Part shown: piece after piece, positions 1 through 9,871 of the stretch
How positions within the stretch are numbered: the stretch's first letter is position 1
Layout of the letters: each line of letters starts with the position of its first letter
From: Candidatus Thorarchaeota archaeon
GTDB taxonomy: Archaea > Asgardarchaeota > Thorarchaeia > Thorarchaeales > Thorarchaeaceae
Direction of reading: 5' to 3'
Assembly (NCBI GenBank): GCA_016933575.1
Contig: JAFGAR010000028.1
Location: 32,001-96,000, forward strand
DNA length: 64,000 bases
Program-made: the position numbers and the translations under genes
The notes under the pieces: model-generated
Seen by the model: only the letters and a program-made list of their open reading frames with translations
Database searches by the model: none
What the model was told of the DNA's origin: nothing

Positions 1-197
1 AAGATTTTCGTACCAGCAACCCAGTTAATCAAGTACTTTGCAAAGTCGTTTATTTCGGGATGTGATTTTGACTGTTCCCATGCTTTGAAAGCTCCAATCC
101 CATTGGCTCTTGTAGAGTCCTTTTTGAAATAGAGCATGAGAACGCTACTTAATTCTAGCATCATGAATACAGCGATTGCAACAACAATGAGACTCAT
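1..197 (-). CDS. Partial hypothetical membrane protein (runs off the window start)
   Basis: Manual translation from ATG 197: MSLIVVAIAVFMMLELSSVLMLYFKKDSTRANGIGAFKAWEQSK..., open to the window edge; hydrophobic N-terminus; not in ORF track. Confidence 0.7.
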   Translation of the reverse strand, partial: MSLIVVAIAVFMMLELSSVLMLYFKKDSTRANGIGAFKAWEQSKSHPEINDFAKYLINWVAGTKI

Positions 198-424
198 TCC
201 TTATCTGTAGATAGTGGCACCATAAATATCTAGTCGTATTATTTGGTATGGATCTATCAAACTATAGTTATTTTTTTTTTGCCTCATCGCAAATTTAAAT
301 ACCAATGAGCTCTCGTATATTCTAAATTTAGCTAGAGAGATTTCCCCGAAAATAGGGATTGAAGAGATGTATGCTGTTCAAAACATTATACAAGTTCAGA
401 TTTGTGGGTTGAGAGATTCATTGG

Positions 425-1378
425 GTGATTGAGTTGAGTAAGCAGAAGTATATACGTCAGTATAGATGGTCCAACGTCTTGGCAATGATGCAAGGTGGAG
501 CAAAAGAGCTAAAAGAGTGTACTGATGATTTTAAAGGACGATTAGTTGTTATTACAGGAGCAACATCAGGAATAGGGTATGCAGCCGCAAGAGAGTATGC
601 TTCACATGGCGCGAATCTTCTTCTCATTAATCGAAGCGAAGAAAAATCAATTGCTCTATGTGACGAGATACGTCAAGAATTTCAAGTAGAATGCGATTAT
701 AAGATTGCAGATTTTTCGCGATTGACTGAAGTACGTAAAGTGGGAAAGGAAATTCTATACTCAGACCTAGACATCGATGTTCTTATCCATAATGCTGGAA
801 TTTATTCAACAAAAAAGATAATCACTGAAGATGGTAATGAACTGGTCTTTCAAATAGACTATCTTGGTTCTTTCGTGTTGAACTACATGCTTAAGGACAA
901 ATTGAAAGCACAAGGAAAAGCGCGTATCATCTTCGTAAACTCAGAAGGTCATCGCTTTGCTGTTTTTGGCATTGGTCTACATGATCCCACCTATGAAAAA
1001 CGTCGACATTCCGGTCTAGGAAGTTATGGTGTTGCGAAAGCAGCCCAACTTCTTTCAATGATAAAATTTGTTGAATATTTTGAGGGTAGCGGAGTTACTA
1101 TTAATGCCATTCATCCAGGAAATGTCAAGACTAATAGTGGTTCACAAAATGGTCGAATATATCGCTGGTATAAGAGAAACTTGATTGATCGTTCAGCGAA
1201 AGACCCACAAATATCTGCAACTGCATTGTATTATCTTGGCGTTTCAAAAGAGATTGAAGGCGTAAGTGGCAAGTTCTTCAATCTCACAAAGGAGGAAGAA
1301 CCTGCGCCTCCATCCTTGGACAGGGAGGTAGCAGAGGAGCTTTGGCATAAATCAATTGAGATGGCGGGATTAGAATGA
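425..1378 (+). CDS. SDR family oxidoreductase (retinol dehydrogenase-like)
   Basis: TGATSGIG Rossmann motif, HNAG, YGVAK (YxxxK), HPG. Confidence 0.9.
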   Translation: MIELSKQKYIRQYRWSNVLAMMQGGAKELKECTDDFKGRLVVITGATSGIGYAAAREYASHGANLLLINRSEEKSIALCDEIRQEFQVECDYKIADFSRLTEVRKVGKEILYSDLDIDVLIHNAGIYSTKKIITEDGNELVFQIDYLGSFVLNYMLKDKLKAQGKARIIFVNSEGHRFAVFGIGLHDPTYEKRRHSGLGSYGVAKAAQLLSMIKFVEYFEGSGVTINAIHPGNVKTNSGSQNGRIYRWYKRNLIDRSAKDPQISATALYYLGVSKEIEGVSGKFFNLTKEEEPAPPSLDREVAEELWHKSIEMAGLE

Positions 1379-2970
1379 GTAAAGACAACCATAGAACAAT
1401 TATTGTCGGCGGCGGAATGTCTGGAATAACCGCTGCAGTTTACTTAGCAAGAGCGGGTCATGATGTTCTCCTACTAGAGAAAAACAAGGAATGCGGCGGA
1501 CTCCTCAATTCATTTCAACGCGAAGGATTCACCTTTGATGCAGGAGCGCGATCAATTCTTAATGCTGGAATAATCCATCCAATGCTTAGAGAACTTGATA
1601 TTGAACTTGAATTTCTTGAAAGTCCAGTATCGATAGGAATCGAGAATGATATTATCAACCTTACGCCTGAGAATGCTGTAGATGAATATCGAAAATTGCT
1701 GGAAAGACTGTATCCAGAGAGTGCAGAGGACATCAAAGTGGTAATCTCAAAAATTGAGAGCATCATGAAAGACATGCAGACGATGTATAAAATTGATAAT
1801 CCAAACTTTCGGGAACAAAAAGATGGAGCCTATCTAAAACAGCTTCTAGGTTGGCTACCTGGATTCATCAGGGTCTTAGGTCGAATGGGCAAACAGAGCG
1901 AACCCGTTGAATCATATTTAGCAAAATTGACTTCAAATCAATCCCTAATTGATATTATAGCCCAGCATTTCTTCAAGAAGACTCCAACCTCGTTTGCCTT
2001 GGGTTACTTCTACTCCTATACTGACTACATCTATCCAAGAGGAGGCACAGGTGAGCTACCAAAAGCCTTGGTGCAGAAAATCATCGAGTTTGGTGGAAAA
2101 ATACAAACTGAAACAGAAATAACTGGAGTCAATCCTTCTGAGAAAGAAGTCAGAGACAAAAATGGTAACACGTATTCGTATGATACACTCATATGGAGTG
2201 CAGATTTAAAGACACTATACAGAATATTAGAATTAAATAATTTTGAAGAAAAGGATTCTCAAGAAATCCTGGAACAAAAGGAACTTCTTCTTTCAAAAAG
2301 AGGCTGTGATTCTGTATATTCATTATTTGTAGGTGTAGATGCACCTCTAGAGGAATTCAGCTCCAAATCAAACGGACATTTCTTCTATACACCATCGAAA
2401 CAAGGTCTTGGCGAAACGCACTGGTCTGAACTTGACTCTTTGATTGAGAATTTTGAAACGAAATCAAAGGATGATATTCTTCAATGGCTGGACAAGTACT
2501 GTCAATTAACAACATACGAAATTTCAATCCCTGCATTTAGAGATCCCACATTGGCTCCTAATGGCAAGACTGGTGTAGAGATAAGCATGCTATTCGAATA
2601 CGATTTGTTGAAGAAGGTTAAAGATGCAAATTGGTATGAAGAATTCCAATCTGAGGTAGAAAACCGTATGTTGGATGTTCTTTCCAATTCCATATATCCA
2701 AGTCTGAGAGATAAAGTACTCTTTCAATCATCATCAACACCACTCAGTATTGCTAAAATTGTAGGGACTTCAGAAGGAGCGATTGTGGGTTGGTCTTATT
2801 TATCACCTGTTCCTGTTGTAGACAATCTCAGAAAAATTCCTAGCTCCGTACTGACACCTATTCCTAATGTGTACCAAACAGGACAATGGGCCTATAGCCC
2901 AGCAGGTTTGCCTACAGCAATTATCACTGGTTGGAATGCTGCTCAGAAGATAATCAAGAAGAAAAAATGA
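1375..2970 (+). CDS. Phytoene desaturase (CrtI)-family FAD-dependent oxidoreductase
   Basis: IIVGGGMSG, EK..GG, FTFDAG, YPRGG, C-terminal TPIPNVYQTGQW; 4-bp overlap with the SDR gene. Confidence 0.85.
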   Translation: MSKDNHRTIIVGGGMSGITAAVYLARAGHDVLLLEKNKECGGLLNSFQREGFTFDAGARSILNAGIIHPMLRELDIELEFLESPVSIGIENDIINLTPENAVDEYRKLLERLYPESAEDIKVVISKIESIMKDMQTMYKIDNPNFREQKDGAYLKQLLGWLPGFIRVLGRMGKQSEPVESYLAKLTSNQSLIDIIAQHFFKKTPTSFALGYFYSYTDYIYPRGGTGELPKALVQKIIEFGGKIQTETEITGVNPSEKEVRDKNGNTYSYDTLIWSADLKTLYRILELNNFEEKDSQEILEQKELLLSKRGCDSVYSLFVGVDAPLEEFSSKSNGHFFYTPSKQGLGETHWSELDSLIENFETKSKDDILQWLDKYCQLTTYEISIPAFRDPTLAPNGKTGVEISMLFEYDLLKKVKDANWYEEFQSEVENRMLDVLSNSIYPSLRDKVLFQSSSTPLSIAKIVGTSEGAIVGWSYLSPVPVVDNLRKIPSSVLTPIPNVYQTGQWAYSPAGLPTAIITGWNAAQKIIKKKK

Positions 2971-2991
2971 ACTGAAAATGGAGAGATATTC

Positions 2992-3411
2992 ATGTCTGAA
3001 GTTGACAAACTAAAAAAAGGCGTTGGAAAACGTTTGATTCCTTGGGGAATCCTTAGTATCATAGTTGGACTCATAATGTATTTTGGTCTGCCAAATACAA
3101 TTCTGGGTGGTATTGGTCTTCAGGCACTGATCTGGGGATCAATTGATGTAATCATTGCATTATCCATTATCTATAAACAGAAGGAACAATCAGTCACGAA
3201 AATAGCCAAGACCGTATCAGGTAGTATAAAGGTGGATATTCTCGTTCAGATCATTGGACTTGTCATCATCGTGATATTCTTTCAAAATCCATTCTATATG
3301 GGTAACGGAATCGGAATCATCATTCAGGGATTCTTTCTCCTTCTTCTAGACAGTTCTTACCTGAAATCACTAAGGATTCTTGAAACAAAAATTGGAACTC
3401 AAGACACGTGA
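2992..3411 (+). CDS. Hypothetical membrane protein (about 4 TM)
   Basis: Four hydrophobic segments; GGAG RBS upstream. Confidence 0.75.
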   Translation: MSEVDKLKKGVGKRLIPWGILSIIVGLIMYFGLPNTILGGIGLQALIWGSIDVIIALSIIYKQKEQSVTKIAKTVSGSIKVDILVQIIGLVIIVIFFQNPFYMGNGIGIIIQGFFLLLLDSSYLKSLRILETKIGTQDT

Positions 3412-3472
3412 TTAGGAATTCAAATGAAAAGAAAGAGAGAAGTCCTATATTTCACATAGGTCAGCTGGTTTA

Positions 3473-3754
3473 TTATTTGCTAACCTTTTTTCGCTGAGCT
3501 GAGAGTCTTTTCATCAAGGCGATTGCATACGAAATTAGTAGCATTGCAAAGTATAACATCGTGATGATTGGGTTTGTGAAATTGGCTCCAATCAGGAAAC
3601 CGTGGACAAAAGCGAAGGTGAGTACAATATACATCAATCCGTGGACGACACGCCAGTACTTTTTCACTCTGTTTCGCAATAACCCAGCGAGTATGGCAAT
3701 ATATACCAAATAGAGTGCAGGTCTTCCAGCTAGGCTCCAGAAGGTATACCATGA
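3473..3754 (-). pseudogene. C-terminal remnant of a ferric-reductase-like (heme b) membrane protein
   Basis: WRVVH...FVHG His pair in TM helices; the 5' end runs directly into HEPN-derived sequence. Confidence 0.55.
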
Positions 3755-4060
3755 CATTCCTAAGTTTAACAAGCTCGACAAGATTACTACCGAGATTCTT
3801 GTCAGTTACACCATGGTTGGTAATGATTTCAATCGTATCTCTGTAAGTTTCAGGTGTACCCCAATGATGATGTGCTATAAGATGTGTGGCAATATCAATG
3901 ATAGATTGTGTGGCAATCTGAAAACTTCGTTCAATAGCAAGTTGCTAATCCTATTCTTTAGGAAATCTTCCTCTTCTATTGCAGCACCTGTTTTGAGAAG
4001 TTCAATCGAAGTCAGTATCTTGTCAAGCTTCATCTTTACTGATTGCTGGTCAAATGTCAA
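3742..4060 (-). pseudogene. HEPN/DUF86 toxin pseudogene (frameshifted, truncated)
   Basis: Frameshift near 3945; shifted frame reads QLAIERSFQIATQSIIDIATHLIAHHHWGTPETY...VKLRNVMVY, paralogous to 8125-8541. Confidence 0.85.
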
Positions 4061-4066
4061 AAGTTC

Positions 4067-4468
4067 TCACACTCCAATCGATTGCTTGAGGTAATTGTCG
4101 ATGTAAATATTCCAATCAGGATATCTTATCAAAACGTATTCTACATAAGTTTGCCAAACTTCCGTATCATGCGCATAAAGGACTCTTCCATAATGTAAAA
4201 CTCTAAATTGAAGGGTGAATGAAGCCATGTTCAATAATGTCACATCAATGTGGGGCTCTTCAGATGAGTCAAAAAGTGAAAGGACTTCACCGAATATAGC
4301 AGGATATTGATCTTCACTTTATGATACCCTAAAACCAATATCAATATCGCTTTGTGGATGAGTGGTTCCAGTTGCAGTAGAACCAAAAAGGACAATGAAT
4401 TCCAGATCATCACATAATACTTTTTTAATTCTAGCAACAATCCTTTTGAGCTTCCTGTCCGAACTCAT
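4067..4468 (-). pseudogene. MNT nucleotidyltransferase antitoxin pseudogene
   Basis: FIVLFGSTATGTTHPQSDIDIG...YPDWNIYIDNYLKQSIGV, paralogous to 8547-8957, with an in-frame TAA at codon 50 (4319-4321). Confidence 0.9.
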
Positions 4469-4546
4469 GCATCTCTTTCTCCCAAAGATTTGTCATTTAA
4501 ACAACATAGAATGTTAACATATAAAGTCGAAGGTAATTCAATCTTC

Positions 4547-4590
4547 AAAAGAAAAAGGGATGGAAAGAGGTGCGATTAACGCATTCTCCT
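4547..4590 (-). repeat. Cassette-boundary repeat copy R6 (hairpin plus pyrimidine tract on the minus strand)
   Basis: Plus strand AAAAGAAAAAGGGATGGAAAGAGGTGCGATTAACGCATTCTCC. Confidence 0.7.
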
Positions 4591-4616
4591 TCAAATCCAT
4601 GAACATAGTTGTTCGA

Positions 4617-5000
4617 TTATCTGCGATTGTGTTCTTCAGCAGACATATCAATTGTAGAATTTATCTCAACAATTGGGGTTCCAGCTTTTTCAATTGTGCC
4701 AAACTTACCAGATTGAAGTCTTATATTTCCCTTGAAGAGACCTACATATCCATTAGTTAGAGTGTAGGTTTCGCCTTCTTTCAGAGTATCAATAGTTTCA
4801 TTCCAGAATGGCATTTGAATTGTACCTGTAGAATCGCCAACTCTAGCATCCAAGACACGGTGTTTTTGACTGTCACTACGGGATTCGACTGTTCTTTCTT
4901 CACCAGTGCTCATGACCTTGAAGGTTATGTTTACACTTTTCATTCCGGGCTTCAGCTCGGCTATTGTAGCCTCGATGGCTTCGATCTTAAAATCTGTCAT
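4617..5000 (-). CDS. ssb: Single OB-fold single-stranded DNA-binding protein (crenarchaeal SSB/RPA type)
   Basis: IAELKPG..VN, VGDSTGTIQMPFW, NGYV..FKG..RL motifs. Confidence 0.85.
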   Translation of the reverse strand: MTDFKIEAIEATIAELKPGMKSVNITFKVMSTGEERTVESRSDSQKHRVLDARVGDSTGTIQMPFWNETIDTLKEGETYTLTNGYVGLFKGNIRLQSGKFGTIEKAGTPIVEINSTIDMSAEEHNRR

Positions 5001-5175
5001 AATGTATCACTCGCTCTTGCGAATTCAGGTCATTGAAAACTAGGGTAACTTCATGTGGAAGTACAAGAAGGTCGTTAATCCTCGATAAAACCAGTGTTAA
5101 AAGTTTGCATAGTTATTATGCCTGTACTACCGAGCTGCAGAAGTTTGCTTATAGTGTTATGTATCTTGCAGTAGG

Positions 5176-5198
5176 AAAAGAAAGAGGAATGGAAGGAG
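5176..5198 (-). repeat. Repeat copy R5 (truncated)
   Basis: AAAAGAAAGAGGAATGGAAGGAG, 23/23 identical to 8077-8099. Confidence 0.8.
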
Positions 5199-5296
5199 AA
5201 AGGAATCAAATCCCACTTGTAAAACTTCTATTATTGAAAACTAAAAACGCCGATTAATTAAAATAAGTAAACAGGTATAGAAAAAGGAGGAGGAGT

Positions 5297-7477
5297 GTGA
5301 TTTTGAAACAGCAAAATACTGTACTCAAGCTATTACTTGTATGCCTATTTCTCAGCTTTTTGTGGTCAAATATTCCAAGTTCAATTCAATTTGGTATATC
5401 GAGTCACATTAACAATCATGAAGATGACGTAAATGAATTCATAGGTTTTGATGGTGCTCTAATCTCAGCTGAAACTGAAGAAATCAAGATATCAAATCCT
5501 ATTTGGCTTAGGACATATGGTCCAAATTGGGCTACCAATAACATCGAAGATATTATCGAATGCGCTGATAGTGGATTTTGTATGTTAGGAACGCTAGGCA
5601 ATCCAAACGATGTAGGTTATTTTCCAGATGCAATTTTGTTGAAAACAGATTCGAATGGAAATCAGCTCTGGAATCGAACATATGGACGAGATGATATGGC
5701 CTACGAGTCGGTTCACAACGTTATCGAATGCTCAAATGGGGATTTCGCTTTTGTGGGATCACAGTATGTGTTGGGTACAGACGAATTTCACAGTGGATGG
5801 TTGGTTCGTGTTAATTCAAGCGGTTTTTTGACTTATAATATTACATATCCAGCTGCGCGCGAGTTAGTAGGAATTTCTGAACTTTCAGATGGAAACTTCT
5901 TCATATGTGGGATAACACCGGGAAGAGATGTTTTCATAATGAGAACAGATGAGAACGGGACCATTAAATGGAGCCTTCCATGGGAGCTATTTCTTGATGA
6001 TGAAGTCACAGATATGATTGAATACAGTCCCGGTGAGTTCATTATAGCAGGATATTCATATGATTCCAGTATGATGGTATGGATACCATTTCTATTCAAG
6101 ATCGACCAAGATTCTATGTTTTCTTGGATTAAATTCTATACACTCCTCGGAAGAGTGTATTGTAACTCAATTCTAAAGCTAGATTCAGGTGGAATCCTGA
6201 TGACAGGAATGGCAGTAACTAGCTCTATCGATTTATGGTTTTGCGAAATTGATGAGAATGGTAATTTCATCCGCGAGGCACGACTGCCTAATGAAATTAA
6301 TTATCCACCTAATGATATCATTCAATTAGAAGAAGGCGGTTTTGCAGTTCTTACTAGTTCTAATAGCATTAATCTTGTTAATGCGCAGTATGAACCAATC
6401 GGTAATATTCGATTCGATTCTATTACAGGTAATTCATTCATTCAGTCTGAAAATAAAGAGTTTGTAATTGGAGGTTCAATGAGAATCGAAAATAACTACA
6501 CTCTGACTATAATCAGAGAACCTTTCCTCTGGTGGAATCATTCTGTTATCAACATCCAAGCAGAATATTTGCAGTCGATTTCCCGTGACTTCAATGCTAC
6601 ATGCAGTCAGGGTATTGATAAGTGGACAGTGAATGCGACTGAGTTCTTTGATATCGATTCAAATGGAGTTCTTGGAAATAATTCAATTTTGAATGTTGGA
6701 ACATATCCTATCAAGATAATTGTGAATGATACTTTAGAAAACACTCTAATACAAGAATTTCTAGTAACAGTAGAAGACACGACTTCACCTGAGTGGGTGC
6801 AAGCTCCAGAAGACCAAATTTTAGAACTTGGTACAGATTTAAACTACTCTCTCTATGCTTTTGATCCATCAGGTATAGGAAGTTGGTCTATCAATGCATC
6901 AGGTCTATTTAGCATTAGTTCTGAGGGAAAAATTAACAATGTTAAGCCATTAGAAATTGGAACCTACGGATTAATGGTTACTGTTGAAGATATCTATGGA
7001 AACGATGTTAACGCTGAATTCACGCTTACAGTTACTGATTCAACTGCTCCGATATGGCTCATCTCTCCAAGCAATATTATAAAGAATGAGGATGAATCTA
7101 TACAGTTTTATTTTGTTGCGAGTGACCTTTCTGGGATAGATGCATGGATTTGTAATGACACTACTAATTTCCAAATTACTGATGAGTCATCGCATGATGC
7201 AAGTTCATGTCTATTTACAAATGCGACCATATTGAATGCTGGGTCCTATGGTCTCAACCTAACTGTAACTGATTTATGGGGTAATAAGATCTCATCAATT
7301 TTCAGAGTTACAATAATTGAGATTCCAGAAATATCTGTATCTACAACGACTACTTCTACATCAACCACATCACAGACATCGGATGAATTTCTTCAACCAG
7401 TTGTACTTCTTGCAGCTGGTTCTGGTTGGATTGCTACAATCTTTGTAATCATCATCATGATGAAACGACGAACCTGA
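5297..7477 (+). CDS. Membrane-anchored surface protein: beta-propeller-like repeats plus three Ig/cadherin-like domains
   Basis: Signal peptide; repeated D.NG...W..TYG motifs; repeated V.D..GN and DTT.P.W; Thr-rich linker; C-terminal TM ending KRRT. Confidence 0.8.
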   Translation: MILKQQNTVLKLLLVCLFLSFLWSNIPSSIQFGISSHINNHEDDVNEFIGFDGALISAETEEIKISNPIWLRTYGPNWATNNIEDIIECADSGFCMLGTLGNPNDVGYFPDAILLKTDSNGNQLWNRTYGRDDMAYESVHNVIECSNGDFAFVGSQYVLGTDEFHSGWLVRVNSSGFLTYNITYPAARELVGISELSDGNFFICGITPGRDVFIMRTDENGTIKWSLPWELFLDDEVTDMIEYSPGEFIIAGYSYDSSMMVWIPFLFKIDQDSMFSWIKFYTLLGRVYCNSILKLDSGGILMTGMAVTSSIDLWFCEIDENGNFIREARLPNEINYPPNDIIQLEEGGFAVLTSSNSINLVNAQYEPIGNIRFDSITGNSFIQSENKEFVIGGSMRIENNYTLTIIREPFLWWNHSVINIQAEYLQSISRDFNATCSQGIDKWTVNATEFFDIDSNGVLGNNSILNVGTYPIKIIVNDTLENTLIQEFLVTVEDTTSPEWVQAPEDQILELGTDLNYSLYAFDPSGIGSWSINASGLFSISSEGKINNVKPLEIGTYGLMVTVEDIYGNDVNAEFTLTVTDSTAPIWLISPSNIIKNEDESIQFYFVASDLSGIDAWICNDTTNFQITDESSHDASSCLFTNATILNAGSYGLNLTVTDLWGNKISSIFRVTIIEIPEISVSTTTTSTSTTSQTSDEFLQPVVLLAAGSGWIATIFVIIIMMKRRT

Positions 7478-7508
7478 AGATGAAATGAAAATTAGATAAA
7501 AGCAAGAG

Positions 7509-7547
7509 AAGAAAGGGGGATGGAAGGAGTGTGACAATTGCACTCCT
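7509..7547 (-). repeat. Repeat copy R4
   Basis: AAGAAAGGGGGATGGAAGGAGTGTGACAATTGCACTCC, with a GGAGTG/CACTCC stem. Confidence 0.8.
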
Positions 7548-7555
7548 TTGAAGTA

Positions 7556-7990
7556 TCAAAAAGTCTGTGTAGAGTAAGGACCTCTATACTCCATAAAAAA
7601 GACAATGCCTGCCAAGATTGCCACGACTCCAGCTATGATTGCTGGAGAAGTTGCTATGACTCCTAATGATCCCTCAAGTTGCCCTGCGAACATGAATGCT
7701 ACGAGTATTGTAATGATTCCAAAACACACGCCAAAACAAGGAGTTCCCTGGATTCGTTGGCCTGTGTCTTGTCGAATTTCTACATCACCATAGGAACCTA
7801 CTGTTCTGAAGACTGCCATCATACTCCCACTACGAGCAAACAATGCTCCGATGATCATTACAAAAGCAAAGACTCCGGAAGCCATAGCAGCTATTCCATC
7901 TCCAAATCCCACAATGCTAATTATGAGTTGGATAGTGCAGAGGAAGAATGCAACCACAAAGAGCAATGCACTTTTCATTGAACCAGCCAT
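7556..7990 (-). CDS. Hypothetical 4-TM membrane protein
   Basis: Four hydrophobic helices; repeat R4 lies immediately after the stop. Confidence 0.7.
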   Translation of the reverse strand: MAGSMKSALLFVVAFFLCTIQLIISIVGFGDGIAAMASGVFAFVMIIGALFARSGSMMAVFRTVGSYGDVEIRQDTGQRIQGTPCFGVCFGIITILVAFMFAGQLEGSLGVIATSPAIIAGVVAILAGIVFFMEYRGPYSTQTF

Positions 7991-8076
7991 TCAAAAGACC
8001 ACCAATCGTTTTGTACTAAAAAAGAAAAGCTTCCACTCTAATGAATATATTCCTACAAATATATCCCATATAATCT

Positions 8077-8120
8077 AAAAGAAAGAGGAATGGAAGGAGT
8101 GCGACAGGCTCACCTGAGCA
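8077..8120 (-). repeat. Repeat copy R3
   Basis: AAAAGAAAGAGGAATGGAAGGAGTGCGACAGGCTCACCTGAGCA. Confidence 0.8.
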
Positions 8121-8124
8121 GATT

Positions 8125-8541
8125 TCAGATGAACTTCAGAATTGCATCAGCAAACAATTTTGCATCAATGATAATTGCTATTGCACTTTGATATACTATG
8201 GTGGGGTCTACGGCTATATATAGATGAATAAGTATGTTCCTCAGTTTAACAAAATCAATCAATCGGTCTGCGAGGAGAGAATCAATAATCTTGTGATTGG
8301 CAATTATCTTTACAGCATCACTATATGATTTTGGAGACCCCCAATGATTATGTGCTACTAGATGAGTACAGATATCGATAATTGCTTGAGCGATAATCTG
8401 AAGATTCCTCTCTATTGCACCTTGGAGTAGCTCATCTTTCAAATATTGCTCTTGAGTCATAGTTTCAATGTGTTTGATACGAGTGACTCGTTCGAGAATG
8501 ATATCTAATCGTGCTTTCACAACTAAGGGATCTACAGCCAT
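8125..8541 (-). CDS. HEPN (DUF86) RNase toxin
   Basis: AIERNLQ and RNILIH (Rx4H) motifs; probable start MAVDPL at 8541, just after the MNT stop. Confidence 0.9.
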   Translation of the reverse strand: MAVDPLVVKARLDIILERVTRIKHIETMTQEQYLKDELLQGAIERNLQIIAQAIIDICTHLVAHNHWGSPKSYSDAVKIIANHKIIDSLLADRLIDFVKLRNILIHLYIAVDPTIVYQSAIAIIIDAKLFADAILKFI

Positions 8542-8546
8542 TGAAA

Positions 8547-8957
8547 TCACGCCCCTAGAGATTGTTTCAAGTAGTTCTGTATGTAGTACTCCCAATCTGG
8601 ATACCTCACAAGAACGTATTCTTGAAAACAGGGCCAAACTTTGTCATTCTTCGTGTATAGAAGTTTACCATCACGAACCACTCTGTACTGAAGTGTGAGA
8701 TCTGCAAGATTAAGAAGAGTAACGTCAATCTTCGGAGAATTCTCCTTATCTACGTAATCAAAGAGGGAGAGCAGATCACCAAAGATTGTCTGCAATTCCT
8801 TCTTCGGATTGCTTACTTGAACGCCAATATCAATATCACTCTGTGGATGGGTATTTCCTGTAGACATAGAACCAAAGAGAACTATGAAGTCAACTTGTTC
8901 ATCAAGTTCATTTCTTATCTGTGTGACGATATCATCTAATAGCTCGTCTTGATTCAA
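8547..8957 (-). CDS. MNT minimal nucleotidyltransferase antitoxin
   Basis: LFGSMSTG...SDIDIG (GSx10DxD); directly upstream of HEPN. Confidence 0.9.
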   Translation of the reverse strand: MNQDELLDDIVTQIRNELDEQVDFIVLFGSMSTGNTHPQSDIDIGVQVSNPKKELQTIFGDLLSLFDYVDKENSPKIDVTLLNLADLTLQYRVVRDGKLLYTKNDKVWPCFQEYVLVRYPDWEYYIQNYLKQSLGA

Positions 8958-9008
8958 AGAGTCACGTTCCTTAGCATTTCATATACAGTAATTGAAATAT
9001 TCTCGCTG

Positions 9009-9029
9009 CATATAAACTCGAAGGTAATT
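9009..9029 (-). promoter_or_regulatory. Putative TATA-containing promoter of the MNT-HEPN module, duplicated at 4518-4538
   Basis: CATATAAACTCGAAGGTAATT vs CATATAAAGTCGAAGGTAATT (20/21); reads TTTATATG on the minus strand about 50 bp before each MNT start. Confidence 0.6.
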
Positions 9030-9040
9030 TGCTTGCTGAG

Positions 9041-9082
9041 AAAAGAAAAGGGAGGGAAGGAGAGTGACAAGCACACCCGAGC
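9041..9082 (-). repeat. Repeat copy R2
   Basis: AAAAGAAAAGGGAGGGAAGGAGAGTGACAAGCACACCCGAGC. Confidence 0.8.
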
Positions 9083-9089
9083 AATGTTG

Positions 9090-9659
9090 TCAGACCCGGT
9101 CTATCAATTTCTTTGACTCAGAATCTTTCAGAAATTGCTCAAGTTTATCGAGAATACCTAGCATTTCACATGTGGAGCGTATATACTCAAAATCGAAACT
9201 TTCTGAATTTCTATTTAAAATGCCAAGAGCATCTCTAAGATCTTGCTCTCCTTGAAATAGGATTTTATTAACATAAGTGTCTTCAATAGAACCAATCCTA
9301 ATAGATGTGCCAAATAGATTGACATCGATAGCTCTTTCAAGTGTCATCTTATCAAAAGCTGAATTTACACCTTGTATGTCAAGTCTAAGTAACGTATCCT
9401 TGAAGAAAATAGTACTATGAGATTTCTCTGCGAAAGCTGCTCTGATATCGGTTGCAGAGGATGAAAACCCTCTTGAATTCAGAAATTGTGTGAATGTTGA
9501 AATTTGTTCATCTTCTATTTGCAATATAATGTCAATATCTACGGTAGTTCGAGGGACACCATGGTACATTACTGCTACTCCACCAACGATAACATACTCT
9601 ATCTTATTCTTATTGAGAAATTCACATACTAATTTGAGAATCTCTGGAAATTCTTCCAT
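9090..9659 (-). CDS. Nucleotidyltransferase, DUF6036/AbiEii-like (putative toxin)
   Basis: VIVGGVAVMYHGVPRTTVDIDI motif; K....EQDLRD near the C-terminus. Confidence 0.8.
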   Translation of the reverse strand: MEEFPEILKLVCEFLNKNKIEYVIVGGVAVMYHGVPRTTVDIDIILQIEDEQISTFTQFLNSRGFSSSATDIRAAFAEKSHSTIFFKDTLLRLDIQGVNSAFDKMTLERAIDVNLFGTSIRIGSIEDTYVNKILFQGEQDLRDALGILNRNSESFDFEYIRSTCEMLGILDKLEQFLKDSESKKLIDRV

Positions 9660-9812
9660 CTATCTATCACCTGCTATTCGTAGAGCTAACGCAGACAATT
9701 TCAGGCCCATAATTAGTGTTTCAAGACCGGTATATTTTCTAGCTTCGATTGCTGTTCTTATCTGATCGAGGTCTCTCCTGTGCTTCACTTGATCTGCAAT
9801 CGAGCTAGCCAT
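9660..9812 (-). CDS. 50-aa protein, putative partner/antitoxin of the downstream nucleotidyltransferase
   Basis: MASSIADQVKHRRDLDQIRTAIEARKYTGLETLIMGLKLSALALRIAGDR*; its TAG abuts the next ATG (TAGATG); not in ORF track. Confidence 0.7.
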   Translation of the reverse strand: MASSIADQVKHRRDLDQIRTAIEARKYTGLETLIMGLKLSALALRIAGDR

Positions 9813-9871
9813 ATCATTCCCACACACCACTAGTAACTACTCTACTCATATATTCTACTATTCATAATTTG

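Noticed and set aside
271-280. T10 homopolymer
   Set aside because: Intergenic and isolated; no evidence of phase variation.
4319-4321. Recoding of the internal stop in the MNT copy
   Set aside because: It is TAA at a non-catalytic position, and the partner gene is also broken, so decay is the simpler explanation.
5033-5257. 74-aa ORF spanning repeat R5
   Set aside because: Translates repeat and promoter sequence; no coding evidence.
8542-8637. N-terminal extension of the HEPN ORF in the track
   Set aside because: It overlaps the MNT gene; the paralog comparison supports a start at 8541.
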